Origin: Octopus bimaculoides | Taxonomy: Eukaryota | Reading direction: 5' to 3' | NCBI RefSeq assembly: GCF_001194135.2 | Contig: NC_069004.1 | Span: 34,140,338 to 34,183,661, forward strand | Length of the DNA: 43,324 nucleotides | Shown here: one piece after another, positions 22,885 to 34,519 of the stretch | Position numbering within the stretch: the first letter of the stretch is position 1 | Layout: the number at the start of each line of letters is the position of its first letter | Notes under the pieces: model-generated | Database searches by the model: none | The model's input: only the letters and a program-made list of their open reading frames with translations | Told to the model about the DNA's origin: nothing | Position numbers and translations under genes: made by a program

Positions 22885-23274
22885 GAATAAAGAACAAAAA
22901 AGAGATAATAAAGTTTTGTGTATATTTTTTTTCTTATTCTTTCACTTCAAACAATCTTATTTTTACACAAATTCCTTATGTAAAGAAGAACAATAATTAT
23001 CCAGTTGACCTTCAGTGTTTCATGCATTTAAAAATATTGAGAACCGATAAGTTCGACTATAAAGGGATTTCAGAAAATACCACGAGGTTTTCTACCGTTC
23101 TTGTTATCTTATTACTTTCCCGTTTTATTGATAAAACAGCAGAAATAAAGATTTCTGTGTAAACTGTTAAATCTTCTATTTATAGGAAAGGGCTTGCGCT
23201 CGGTCGTTCGACTTACCGGAAAAGACAGCTATAACTCCCTCAAATAATGCCTTACACTCTTAGATATCTTTTCA

Positions 23275-23641
23275 ATAGACTGCGGCCATACTGGAGCACC
23301 GCCTTGAAGCATTTTAGTCGAATGAATTGAACCTAGTAGTTAGAATTTAAGCCTGGTACTTATTCTATTGCTTCTTTTTGCCGAATCGCTAAGTTACGGG
23401 AACGTAAACCCAGCGGTTGTGAAGCAGTGGCAGGGATATGCAGAGACAAAGACACGCACGTATATATATTTCTTTTTATTTGTTTGTCATTTGACTGCGG
23501 CCTTTTAGTCGAACAAATCGACCCCAGGACTTATTCTTTGTAAGCTTAGTATATATTCTATCGGTTATCTTTTGCTGAACCACTAAGTTACGGGGACGTA
23601 ATCACACCAATATCGGTTTGTCAAGCGATGGTAGTAGTGGG

Positions 23642-23674
<33 letters not shown>

Positions 23675-23835
23675 CGACAGGATTCTTTCAGTTTCCGTCT
23701 ACCAAATCCACTCACAAGGCTTTGGTCGGCCCGAGGCTATAGTAGAAAACACTTGCCCAAGGTGTTACGTCATGGGACTGAACCCGAAACAACGTGGTTG
23801 GGATGCAAGCTTCTTTCCACACAACCACACCTACG

Positions 23836-23881
<46 letters not shown>

Positions 23882-23965
23882 GCCCGAGTCTATAATAGAC
23901 ACGTACCCAAGTTGCCATGCAGTGGGATTGAACCCGGAACCATGCTGTTGAGAAGCACAGCTGTG
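23275..23965 (-). mobile_element. Cluster of SINE family A: 3' half (23275-23455), full copy (23470-23835), head fragment (23880-23965)
   Basis: Reverse-complement matches to 17785-18163. Confidence 0.85.
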
Positions 23966-24279
23966 TATACATTTATATATAACAACGTGGCTCTGGATGT
24001 AATTTAGTCATGGCTAACCAAAATAAATGAAAAAAAAATAATAATAAACTTAACAGTTTCAGTGAAACTAAGAACTAACCCTAACGTGTGTGCACTGTTC
24101 GGAACCTCTGTATTTAAGCAGTGCTCAAAATACCTCGTGGTATTTACTTAAATCCCTTAGAGATCAAATTTATCGGGTCTCAATATTTGTCACTTTATGG
24201 AACACTGGAAAGAAAACATCAAAGTGGCTTATCTTGAAAGTTCCTATTTAGAAATGGTTGTTTTAAAGTTAAATATTTA

Positions 24280-24505
24280 GAGGATGTGTAGTAAAATGTT
24301 TGGTTCCAATGTACATGATTGTGGTTCCAGCATGGCACCTGGGACAAGTGAGTTCTGTTCTAGCAAAAGATCCGACCAAAGTCTTGTGAGAGGACTTCGT
24401 AGGCGGATGTGTATGTCGTTGTCCCCACCACACCGCTTGATAACCGGACATAAATGCAGCAACACCGGTTGTCCTGCGGTGTGGTGAGGACAAAGACACA
24501 CGCAT
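24280..24505. mobile_element. Degenerate SINE-A head (+) fused to an inverted internal SINE-A segment
   Basis: ggcacctgggacaag...ccgaccaaagtcttgtgag head, then a 25/29 inverted repeat at 24419-24447 vs 24465-24493. Confidence 0.55.
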
Positions 24506-24734
24506 ATATTCTGTCATTAAACCTTCTATAAATAGTAGTCATGACTCGCTCAAATCATGCCTCCCCACCTGAGAAAATGATACCTAAAATAACATGGCCC
24601 TGGGTGCAATATGTTAAGATGCGATGCCTTTTGATTGGAAGTCTGTTCAATCACGGCTGATAGAGGGTTTGAAGAAGTAAGACAAGTGGTATATACTCGA
24701 ACGATATCAGAGGAGGAAAGAAGCAAATTCGACA

Positions 24735-24886
24735 CTGGAAATTCCCACGACGTCGACTTTGTCCTACTTTCGGGTTCCATAAAATAAGCACCAGTCAATT
24801 ACTGGGGTCCTTGTATTCGGCTTGGCCCCATTCTCTCAAGATTACACACCTTGTGCTTATAATAGAAATATTATTATTATTATTAT
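24735..24886 (+). mobile_element. SINE family B, degenerate 3' part ending in (ATT)n
   Basis: gtcgactttgtcctactttcggg...aaataagcaccag...ccttgtgcttataatagaaatattattattattattat. Confidence 0.7.
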
Positions 24887-26218
24887 CGTCATGGACCTGA
24901 TTGGCGACACACTACAAGGATATGAAGCGGTGACAGGAGCAAATATGTACGCGGAAAAAAATCAGTGGGCTTCCAACTCGGCACCTAGAGGGGCAAGTCC
25001 AAGCCGTCCGACAGCTTTGTCTGGCGCTGGACAGACGGTCCGGTTAAATTTCTTGGGGTTTCCAGGAGGAGAAAAACTGGAACGAGGTGACGAACAGTGT
25101 GGCCAGTCTCACCCAGAAATGGGTCGAGAAGAAATTATCCCTGAAAGGTCGAGCCAAGGTGGTGAATGCGTATACATCGCATCCGTCATCTATTATCGCA
25201 TGACCGTCGTCACATACTCTTCAGCTTTCTGTGGAAGTGTGGCATTCCGCTAGAAAGGCGCTCCATCTTCTGTCAACAGCCGCTGAATGAAGGCTGGGCA
25301 TGCCGTGATTGCTGATGCGCAGGACATGCTCTCAGGCCACGTCATGTCCTTGCTCTGCCATAGCTAGTCTCTTTGACTGAGCTGCAATTCTGAATTAGGC
25401 GTAGACCGAGGAGGGGCGCTTGGCAACTTTGAGTGCCATCAAGGGGACACTCTAGACGTTGCGGATGATCGGTTGGCTGGTCTATTCTGTAGAACGTTTG
25501 GGCCGGGACCCATGGATAATTTCCAGAAATTTCTGGCCTGGCAGTGCTACTGGGTGTGGGGTGGGGGTGGGCTCTGCCGATTCGAGACAGGCTCTACAGG
25601 TACGGAACTGCGGTCAGCCGGTCCTGTCCGAGATGCGCGCAGAACAATGAATCTGTCCTTCACGCACTCATACAGTGCCCGGGCATTGCTGACTTGTGGA
25701 GCATTGTCGAACAGATGTTGTAGCGTGTGGGACGGATACGACTATCGTTCGAGTCTAACGTGAGGATCTTCCTGCCACCGTCTCTTGGTCGGGAAGGTCA
25801 GGCAGTTTTCCTCTGACTGGTGGCTATGGCGAAAGGTAGGGTTGAAGACAGGCACTTTCCTCTTCGGCCAAGGATTCATTAATTTTCCAGGTTCCACGTG
25901 TAAAGGGAAGGTCGGTGAATGTGGCGAGGATAGCCCATGTGAATGCACTTCTATACGCTTGTAGGCTGGAGAGGTTGAAGAGGAGAGGAGTGCTTGCTCG
26001 AAGCACCCAGTGAGATCGGGGTGTCCTTAGTGTGTGGAGTTTCCTTGGTCGTCCCTGGTTGGATCCCCACCCCTATTGGGGAATTTGTTTAAATTCTCTT
26101 GTTAATTGTTTTTGTTTATTTACTGTTTACACGCGTCATCTAAACCCCACTATCCCTTGTTTGTTTTGTGTAATGTGCTTTTGTGGCGGCCCTTGTGCCC
26201 AATAAAGAAACTATTATT
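24887..26218 (+). mobile_element. Tx1-like (L1 superfamily) LINE, 5'-truncated ORF2 3' part plus 3' UTR, decayed
   Basis: Across frameshifts: DLIGDTLQGYEAVTGAN (late RT), EKNWNEVTNSVASLTQKWVEKKLSLKGRAKVVNAY/IASVIYYRMTVV (L1/Tx1 thumb, W..R.LSL.GR pattern), and the CCHC knuckle CPRCAQNNESVLHALIQC at 25625-25678. The 3' end is ggcccttgtgccc-AATAAA-gaaac-(TAT)n. Confidence 0.85.
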
Positions 26219-26235
26219 GTTATTATTATTATTTT

Positions 26236-26805
26236 CTCGTCCGTCGCTGCGTTCTGAGTTCAAATTTCGCCGAGGTCGACTTTGCCTTTCATCCTTTCGG
26301 GATCGATAAACTAAGTATCAGCAGGGCACTAAGGGGGTCGATATAATCAACTTACCCCTTGCCCAAAATTGCTGGCATTGTGCCAAAATTTGAAATCCTT
26401 ATTATTAATAAGGCGGACCTAGGTATTTTGTTCGTCTTTCCCTTCTGAGATTGACTTTAGATTTCATTCTTTCGGGGTCGATGAAATAAGTACCACTCAA
26501 ATCATGGGATCGATATAACCGATTCTGCCACTGCCCCCCAATTTCAGGCCTTGTGCCTTTAGTAGAAAGGGTTATTATCACTAGCAGTAAGGTGGGGAGC
26601 TGGCAGAGTCGTTAGCACGCTGGACGTAATGTTTGCAACATTTCGTCCTTCTTTACCTTCAAAGTTCAAATTCAGCCGAAGTCAACTTCGCCTTTCATTC
26701 TTTCGGGGTCAGTATAATAATTATTAGTCAAACACTGGGGTAGATGTAATCGACTTTCTCCGACGTTTCAGGCCTTGTGCCTATTGGAGAAAGGATAATA
26801 ATTAT
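26236..26805 (+). mobile_element. Head-to-tail array of three SINE family B copies
   Basis: Copies at ~26236-26406, 26410-26580 and 26588-26805, each ending in ggc(c/a)ttgtgcc...gaaa..(ATT)-like tail. Confidence 0.85.
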
Positions 26806-28050
26806 TTTTGTTTTAAAACTTATTTCTACAGATTGTCTATAAAAACTAGAGCCAGCATTGAAAGTTACGTCGCTTCGTATACGAATACGTCTATGCAAAC
26901 AATGTGATCGAAGATAGAAAAATGGGTGTATATGCATATTTCGAGAATTATTGATCTTTCTTCCGCATAGAATTTAGACCCATCATTGAAAATCTGTAGA
27001 GATAACATTAAAAAGTGATTGAATCACATTGTTAGCACAGGTAGGACACAGTATTGACTTAATATACTCGGCAGCATATTATCGTTGCAAAATGAAATAC
27101 ATAGTCCCTATCAGCAATTAATATTATTATCCCATATCGATAACGATAATTGAGATTTAATCCTCAGGAAAATATAACAAAAGTTTTATTTTCCCGTAAC
27201 TGAAGAATACTGTCACCAGTATTTTTGCTATGGCGCCTTCCAGTTATATTTTTATCATTTTATCACTAGTTTTCTTTTACTATGAATATTTAAAATGTAA
27301 TGGGTTTTCGGCTGGAGAAGAAAAAAACTGGCAATGATGAATATGAGGAAGAAAAAAAGGGAATGAAAAATAAAACGGAATAATTAATTGAAAAAGAAAG
27401 AACGGAATAAAGAATAGAGCATGAATAGACGATTGTGTCTGTTCCATTCAACATTGCTTTCATTCATTCATTGGTTCGTTCGTTCGTTCATTCATTCATA
27501 AATTCATTCTACGTTTTCTTTCTCCTTTATTTTCCATTGGCAACAAAACTAGAATTTATGCTCTACTTCCTAAATTGATCAATTATTCAAAATCAGTCGA
27601 AAACTAGAAGCCAAACAGTTTGAAACTTAATAATATAATGATAATAATAATGATGATGATAATACTATTGACGGTTATAATAATAATAATAATAATAATG
27701 ACAATAACAACGCAGAAAATATTAAGATATCACCAAAAAATGAGAAAAAAAAATAATAGTAATAATAATTGACCAACCCGACAAAATGCTGACCTCCTGG
27801 CTGTTCCAAAATTCGTAGAGAGATTACAGGTCTAGTAATTGAATTTCAGTGCAGCACGACTTGCGAGTTTGGTTTCGGCCATGTTTATTATTCTTTTCTT
27901 GTTTTTCGCAACAGACTTTAATTCATTCTCCATTATTGAACTTTTGGTAAACAGCCAAATTTATAAACTTTGAACTCTCTTAAGGTTTTGCTTAGTTGAT
28001 TGCAATCTTCCGCTACTTATTGCTTCAACTCTACCATTACTGCTGCTACA

Positions 28051-28081
<31 letters not shown>

Positions 28082-28409
28082 GTTTTGTAGTAGTAGGTGC
28101 AGTAGTAGTTATAGCAGCAATTGTAGTAGTTGTAATAGCAGTACTAGTTTTGTTATCTTCAAGACGGCTCATCGATTATTGAAATGCGTGTTCGCTATGA
28201 ATGTATGTTTGTCTCTACCCGTTTGCATGACTGGACGTGTGTGTGTGTGTGTGTGTGTTCGTATGTGTGTGGAAAGTGAGTGTTATCGTTTGACCTCTCA
28301 GCTTCCTCGATTTCAAACTTAAACACAAGGTTTGCTCAACTATCAATTATTGTCCTTATGTTTCAGCCATGAGAAGGCACTGAAGAGAAACAAAATGATT
28401 TGAAGGTCA

Positions 28410-28459
<50 letters not shown>

Positions 28460-28469
28460 NNNNNNNNNN

Positions 28470-28515
<46 letters not shown>

Positions 28516-28646
28516 TTAATATTAAGCATCTACACACAACTGTACTTACATGTGAATGACTATATTTATCTGTATGTTTGCATTTATACACATGAATGTG
28601 CATACATGTGTATGTGCAAATATATATATATATACATACACACACG

Positions 28647-28701
<55 letters not shown>

Positions 28702-28830
28702 GTATGTATGTATATTGATTACATGTGCGAGCGAGAGTTTTAGTTTACATACGCTTTTGTACGTTAGATTGAGTAATTCAGACCCAGTAGGAACGTAATC
28801 AATACAGAAGAGCTAAACACACACACANNN
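28410..28830. repeat. (CA)n and (TA/TATG)n tracts; gaps 28460-28469 and 28828-29113
   Basis: Read directly. Confidence 0.9.
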
Positions 28831-29145
28831 NNNNNNNNNNNNNNNNNNNNNNNNNNNNNNNNNNNNNNNNNNNNNNNNNNNNNNNNNNNNNNNNNNNNNN
28901 NNNNNNNNNNNNNNNNNNNNNNNNNNNNNNNNNNNNNNNNNNNNNNNNNNNNNNNNNNNNNNNNNNNNNNNNNNNNNNNNNNNNNNNNNNNNNNNNNNNN
29001 NNNNNNNNNNNNNNNNNNNNNNNNNNNNNNNNNNNNNNNNNNNNNNNNNNNNNNNNNNNNNNNNNNNNNNNNNNNNNNNNNNNNNNNNNNNNNNNNNNNN
29101 NNNNNNNNNNNNNTTAAAGATTTCCTTTATTAAATATCCGTTCAC

Positions 29146-29176
29146 CTGACGATCACTTCTGCCGGAAACAGCTATA
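29146..29176 (+). ncRNA. Possible decayed minimal hammerhead ribozyme (PLE type)
   Basis: CTGACGA (29146-29152)...GAAAC-AGCT-ATA; stems I and II poorly paired. Confidence 0.25.
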
Positions 29177-29261
29177 AAAGTTAAAGCGATATTTACACAT
29201 ACTTCATGCAACTATTCATATACATGTTCACAAATACAAAATACGTACACGAACAAAAACA

Positions 29262-29307
<46 letters not shown>

Positions 29308-30094
29308 TTATATCTGTATAATCGCGCTCATATCAATAATTGTCTTCAGTACATCAATTGTATCTCTATTTTCCAATAATAGGGTGTGAGTGTGCATGTG
29401 TATATGCTTGTGAATGTGTGTGTGTCAGTGTGCAGGGACACACATATGCACGCAAACACGCTCTTAGAGTATGGTATGATATCTTCATTTTTGAAATATC
29501 TTAGGCACCACATGCGGACGTGACGTGTGTGTATTTTTATAACCAGAACAACTACCTTTTATGTCACGGCTGATATTGTTCTAAATGGTGCACCTAGATG
29601 AATTTCCCTTCGATAATAGTCAGTGATAGTCACAATTTCCAGTAACGTATAAACTAGTGATTAAGTGGTTTCGAAGTTGTTTTCTATTCACATATGATAT
29701 GAGAGAGCGGAGTAAATCGTTGCTTCATCCAATAAAAATGCTTATTTTCCAGGTGTTGCTTCGCTAGTTACAATTGTTCAGAATTCTCTAGATTTTTTTA
29801 TATCTAGGACAACCAACCAACCATGAATGATAGATTGTCCAGCTCCCATAGAGGCACATACTCTGCTAGACAGAAAGACGGAAATAGTAACGCGAAATCA
29901 CCTTTCGAAATAATGTAGTAGTAGTAGTAGTAATAGTAGTAGTAGTAGTAATAGTAGTAGTAGCAGTGATTGGTTGTCTAAATGTAGAATTTGATGCTAA
30001 ACCATCGAAGAGTGCACTCTTGAAATTCTTGAGTTACAAATCATTTATTCGATATGACGTCAGAGAATTAAATCAAATCCATTTAAAACGTTTA

Positions 30095-30447
30095 TCTTTT
30101 CATTGTTTCGATCATTAGACCGTGGCCATGCTGGGGCACCACCACCTTGCAGGATTTCTTCATCCAATGACTCAAACTAATGATTTTAAGCTTGGTACTT
30201 ACTCTATTGGTCACTTTTGCTGAATTGCTAAGTTACAGGAACGTAAACACGCCAACACTACTTGTCAAGTGGTAGTGGGACAAGCACACACAGATATGCG
30301 ACGGGCTTCTTTCAGTATTTGTCTACCAAATCCACCCACAAGGCTTCAGCCGTCTCGAGGCTATAGTAGAAGACGCTTGTCCGAGGTTTTACACGGTGAA
30401 AATGAACCTGGGTCCATGTTGTTGGGAAGCAAGCTTCTTACCACGCC
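30095..30447 (-). mobile_element. SINE family A, full-length, very short internal microsatellite
   Basis: Reverse-complement match to the reference copy; only ~15 bp between the gggacaag and cgacgggcttctttc anchors. Confidence 0.85.
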
Positions 30448-30484
30448 GGTTTAGTTTGACAACCAACGTCTTATCAATACATAT

Positions 30485-30519
30485 GAGAGAGAGAGAAAGT
30501 ATGTGTGTGAGAGAGCATA

Positions 30520-30585
<66 letters not shown>

Positions 30586-30650
30586 TGTGTGTGAGAGAGA
30601 TAGAGAAAGAGAGAGAGAGAGACAGAAAAAGAGAGAGAGAGAGAGATGTT
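30485..30650. repeat. (GA)n/(GT)n compound microsatellite
   Basis: Read directly. Confidence 0.9.
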
Positions 30651-31914
30651 AGCATCCCCCTCTGGTTAAGTAGTTAGCTTTGCAGCCATGTAGTTTTAAG
30701 TTTTAGTCCTATTACGCGACACTTAGGGTATCGGTGCAAAATACACTGGAAAGACCCTTCCTATTGTTTAACCCTTAGTCGGCCCTCTTTCACCATAATT
30801 ATAAGGCAACCCACTCTTGACAATTTGTTTTTCGGAGACAATGTATTTAGAACTGCTTTATTCAATGTGTCATTTGTGAAAATGATTGGAAGATAAGTTT
30901 TGAAAATTTGGCTGCTATTTCTCCGAGATCAAAGAACCACATTAATACGACATCGTGCCAGTGCTGGTGATTTTTTTTTTATATGGTTGTGGTTTGTTAG
31001 CTTCTTGATATTTTCGTTTTTAAATTGTCTACGATTTATGATATCCGATTGGTTTTGCTGGTATATAGCTCATGATTTTGCAGATCACGGTTACCAATAC
31101 TTTTATATTTAGCAACTCTATTTTATGAGAAATATCAATTAGTCCCACGAGTAGGTACTACTCAACACTACAGAAGTATATTTACGTTTATGGTTATACA
31201 AGGAAAAAGAAGATAAAGAACAGTAGCGAATGAAATTTCCTCTGGAACCCCTTATCAATCTTTATAACAGAAATTCTGTAGAGCTTTATGTATGCCTGTT
31301 TATAGTTATAAAATCTTTACAGTTAAATCTGAATCCGAGAAAAACGCTGATGGTTTTCAAAGTATTAATCCATACGAAAGTATATTTACAGTATTGAGCG
31401 AAAGGATATAACGTTTCGTATATTTGTCATTCCTCTCTACTTAAGAAAATGAGAGAGTGTAGGTAAAGTAGGGAGGGAAATTAGTTACTGAGACTTCAGG
31501 TAATTCCTATATAGAAACAGAATGCGTCAGACGCTGAAGGTCGAAAGGTTTCAGTTAATATTCCAACAACGGGCTACTTGTTAAGTTTTCTCGCGAAAAG
31601 TTACCATTCATAAAGAATTATAAAACGAATCAATACCTGACAAACTAGAAATAGCAGTCCAATTTCAACTGGAATCACACTTCAAGGAATTATTCCTTGG
31701 ATAGCACAATCTCCCGAGATTGGCCGAATAAAAGATAAGGCCATTGCAGGAGCTCCTTTGATCATAATCCTACTGGATTAAGATAACGCTGGGGTTAAAG
31801 AACAATAAAATGCTATGCAAACACATATGCAACGTACGTACGCACGCGCACACACAGACTGCAATATTTTCAGGGAGGACACTAAGCTGCAGGTAGTCTC
31901 CCTGTCGACGCATA

Positions 31915-32260
31915 AAATGCTGTATGGCTAAGAAATTCGCTTTGAAACCATATGGTTTCTGGTTCAACCCACTGCGTGGAACCTGGAGTTGTCGGACGAT
32001 CAATATTTTTGAGTTAAACAGAGAGACGGAAACTGCACGGAATCCCGTTTTATATTAGTATGTGAGTGTGTTCGTGCACCTCTCTTCGTACTTGCTGGTT
32101 ACCGCTTGCTAAACAGTGCCGGTTTGTTTCCATCACCGTATCTTATCGATTCGGCAAAAGGTGACTGATATAATAAAGCCCAGACATAAAATAAGTGTCA
32201 GGAAGGATTGATGGTATAAATTCATGGCGGTTGCAATAGAGCTGAAATCCAATAATCAAA
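31915..32260 (+). mobile_element. SINE family A, old degenerate copy
   Basis: ggttcaacccactgcgtggaacc...gacggaaactgcacggaatcccg...gattcggcaaaaggtgactgata. Confidence 0.55.
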
Positions 32261-32273
32261 GAGTGTGTTTATA

Positions 32274-32352
<79 letters not shown>

Positions 32353-32988
32353 TACGGGAACTGGAACACAGTTATAAAAGACGTCACCAATGCCGATGAT
32401 TTTGTCAACTATTTCCAGTTTCTGTGGCCCAAAATTCGTTAGATTTAAAAATAATTTCTATGCACGCAACTGCGTGAGTTGTTTTTTTTACTCATACTGC
32501 AAACATTTACCAGACCTAAGTCTGTTGTGGAAACTTCAAACCCAGAATCCTGAAAAGCCTGCATATTATTTACAATTTATCCATCCGTTGAAGAGAACCA
32601 TGAGAGCGAATCGTGAAATAGACTTCTTAGCACAGGACGTGGTCAAGTGTTTCTGATCTTCATCACACATGATATCTGTGCGACCATGCCGGAAATTCTC
32701 AGTTCATTTTGGACAGTCCGTACTAAATAAACAACGATTTCATACTGTGCAGGAATCGCCGAATAATTTCGGCTCCTGATACAAGCACAGTCGACAGAAA
32801 ACTGATTAAAGAACACTACTGCTTTCCTTCACACAAAACAGTCAGGAGTGTCCAAAGTCAACGTAAGAACAAATACAATTTGAAAATCGGCTCCGAGTTG
32901 ACTAATGGAAGACCACTTCTAGAGATCCGCGTGCGTCTATATTTCCTCGCTAATACAAAAAATATAGTACATTGCGGATAATTAATGA

Positions 32989-33042
32989 CTTGTGTGTGTG
33001 TATGCGTGTGTGTGTGTGTGTATGCGTGTGTGTGTGTGTGTA

Positions 33043-33075
<33 letters not shown>
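32989..33075. repeat. (TG)n-based ~18-bp unit tgtgtgtgtgtatgcg repeated about 3 times
   Basis: Read directly. Confidence 0.8.
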
Positions 33076-33077
<2 letters not shown>

Positions 33078-33495
33078 TTGTGTGTATACATATGTGTGTG
33101 TAACTCTGAACATAAATAGTAACACAACGTAGATATTTTTACTTGATTTAAGAGAAGTTATAAACGGCCATTTTATTTGTCCTGATTGTTCTTTTCTCAG
33201 CCACGGTAATATGATATAATATAATAATATAATGATAATATAATATAATCTACACAATTATAATGTCTATTTGTGTTCTTTGTTCGCTTTATTTAAGATA
33301 AGATAAATAGTATATATATTTAATTTCATTGTCTGGTTTTTGTTAACTGGACTGTACAAGGCGAGGAAGAAAAAAAGAGGGAACGAAAATAAGAGGTTTA
33401 AGTTTTGAAGTGTGTGTATGCTTTCATACACACACATACGCAACTATGTGTGCGTGTATATATAGGTAGTATTTTAAGGAGTGTGTGTATGCATG

Positions 33496-33533
<38 letters not shown>

Positions 33534-34086
33534 CGCATACACACATGTGACTTGTACGTTTATATATATAAATATATAAGTATGTACACAAATATATCTA
33601 TAGGTACATGTATATAAACGGTTTTACAGAGATACATACATCGTTGTATGTGTATACATATGTATATATTATATACATATACAATTTGTATATATTTCTA
33701 TATTCGTATATAAACATACACGCACACATTTTTATATATACGCACACGGATACGCAATATGTTTGTGAAAGAGCGAGATGATGGAAGAATGAAAAATATA
33801 GCAGAAATCTACAAGAAATTTAGCTGTCATTGAAATATTATTTAATTCATTTTAAATTCATTTTTACTTTCTCACATTTAATGAATGCTAATTAGATACA
33901 ACCTTTACTTTTTCAGCCAATTACTTTTTGCCCTATTAAACTTAATTATATAAGACACAGACAGACCGACTTACAAGCAAATTACACACATATATAAACA
34001 CAGTCGTATAGTGCTTCGATAAAACTTACCTACCTTCTTTGTCTGTCTTTCTTTTTGCCTGCCTGCACGCTCACCTATGCTGGTTT

Positions 34087-34410
34087 CCCATTTTGGCACA
34101 AGGCCAGCAAGTTCGGGGAAGGGGGCTAGTCGATTACATCGACCCCAGTGATCGACTGGTACTTGTTTTATCGTCCCCGAAAGGATGAAAGGTAAAGTCT
34201 ACTTAAGCAGTATTTGAACTCGGAACATAAAGACGGATGAAATCCTGGTAAGCATTTCGTCCGGCATGCTAACAATTTTGCCAGCTCAGTGGGGTGGAGG
34301 GGGTAGACGAGTTCTTTGAACGCAGTACTTGACAGGTACTTATTTCATAGACCCCACCAAAAAATGAAAGTTAAAGTCGACCTTGGCGGAATTTGAACTC
34401 CGAACGCTCA
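34087..34410 (-). mobile_element. Two head-to-tail SINE family B copies
   Basis: Copies at 34087-34290 (tail variant ttttggcacaaggccagc) and 34292-34410. Confidence 0.8.
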
Positions 34411-34519
34411 CATATGTATTTCTGTGTGGTTAAGAGGCGCGTTTTGCAGCCATGTGATTTCTGGTTCAAGATGCTCCGAGTAAACAAGGAAATACGACGA
34501 TACTCCTCCGTTAACTCTC

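Noticed and set aside
24075-24084. ctaaccctaa telomere-like motif
   Set aside because: Fewer than two full units; expected by chance.
27200-27222. CTGAAGA followed by hairpin atactg-tcac-cagtat
   Set aside because: No GAAA after the stem, so not a hammerhead. The CTGAAGA motifs at ~2336 and ~13468 fail in the same way.
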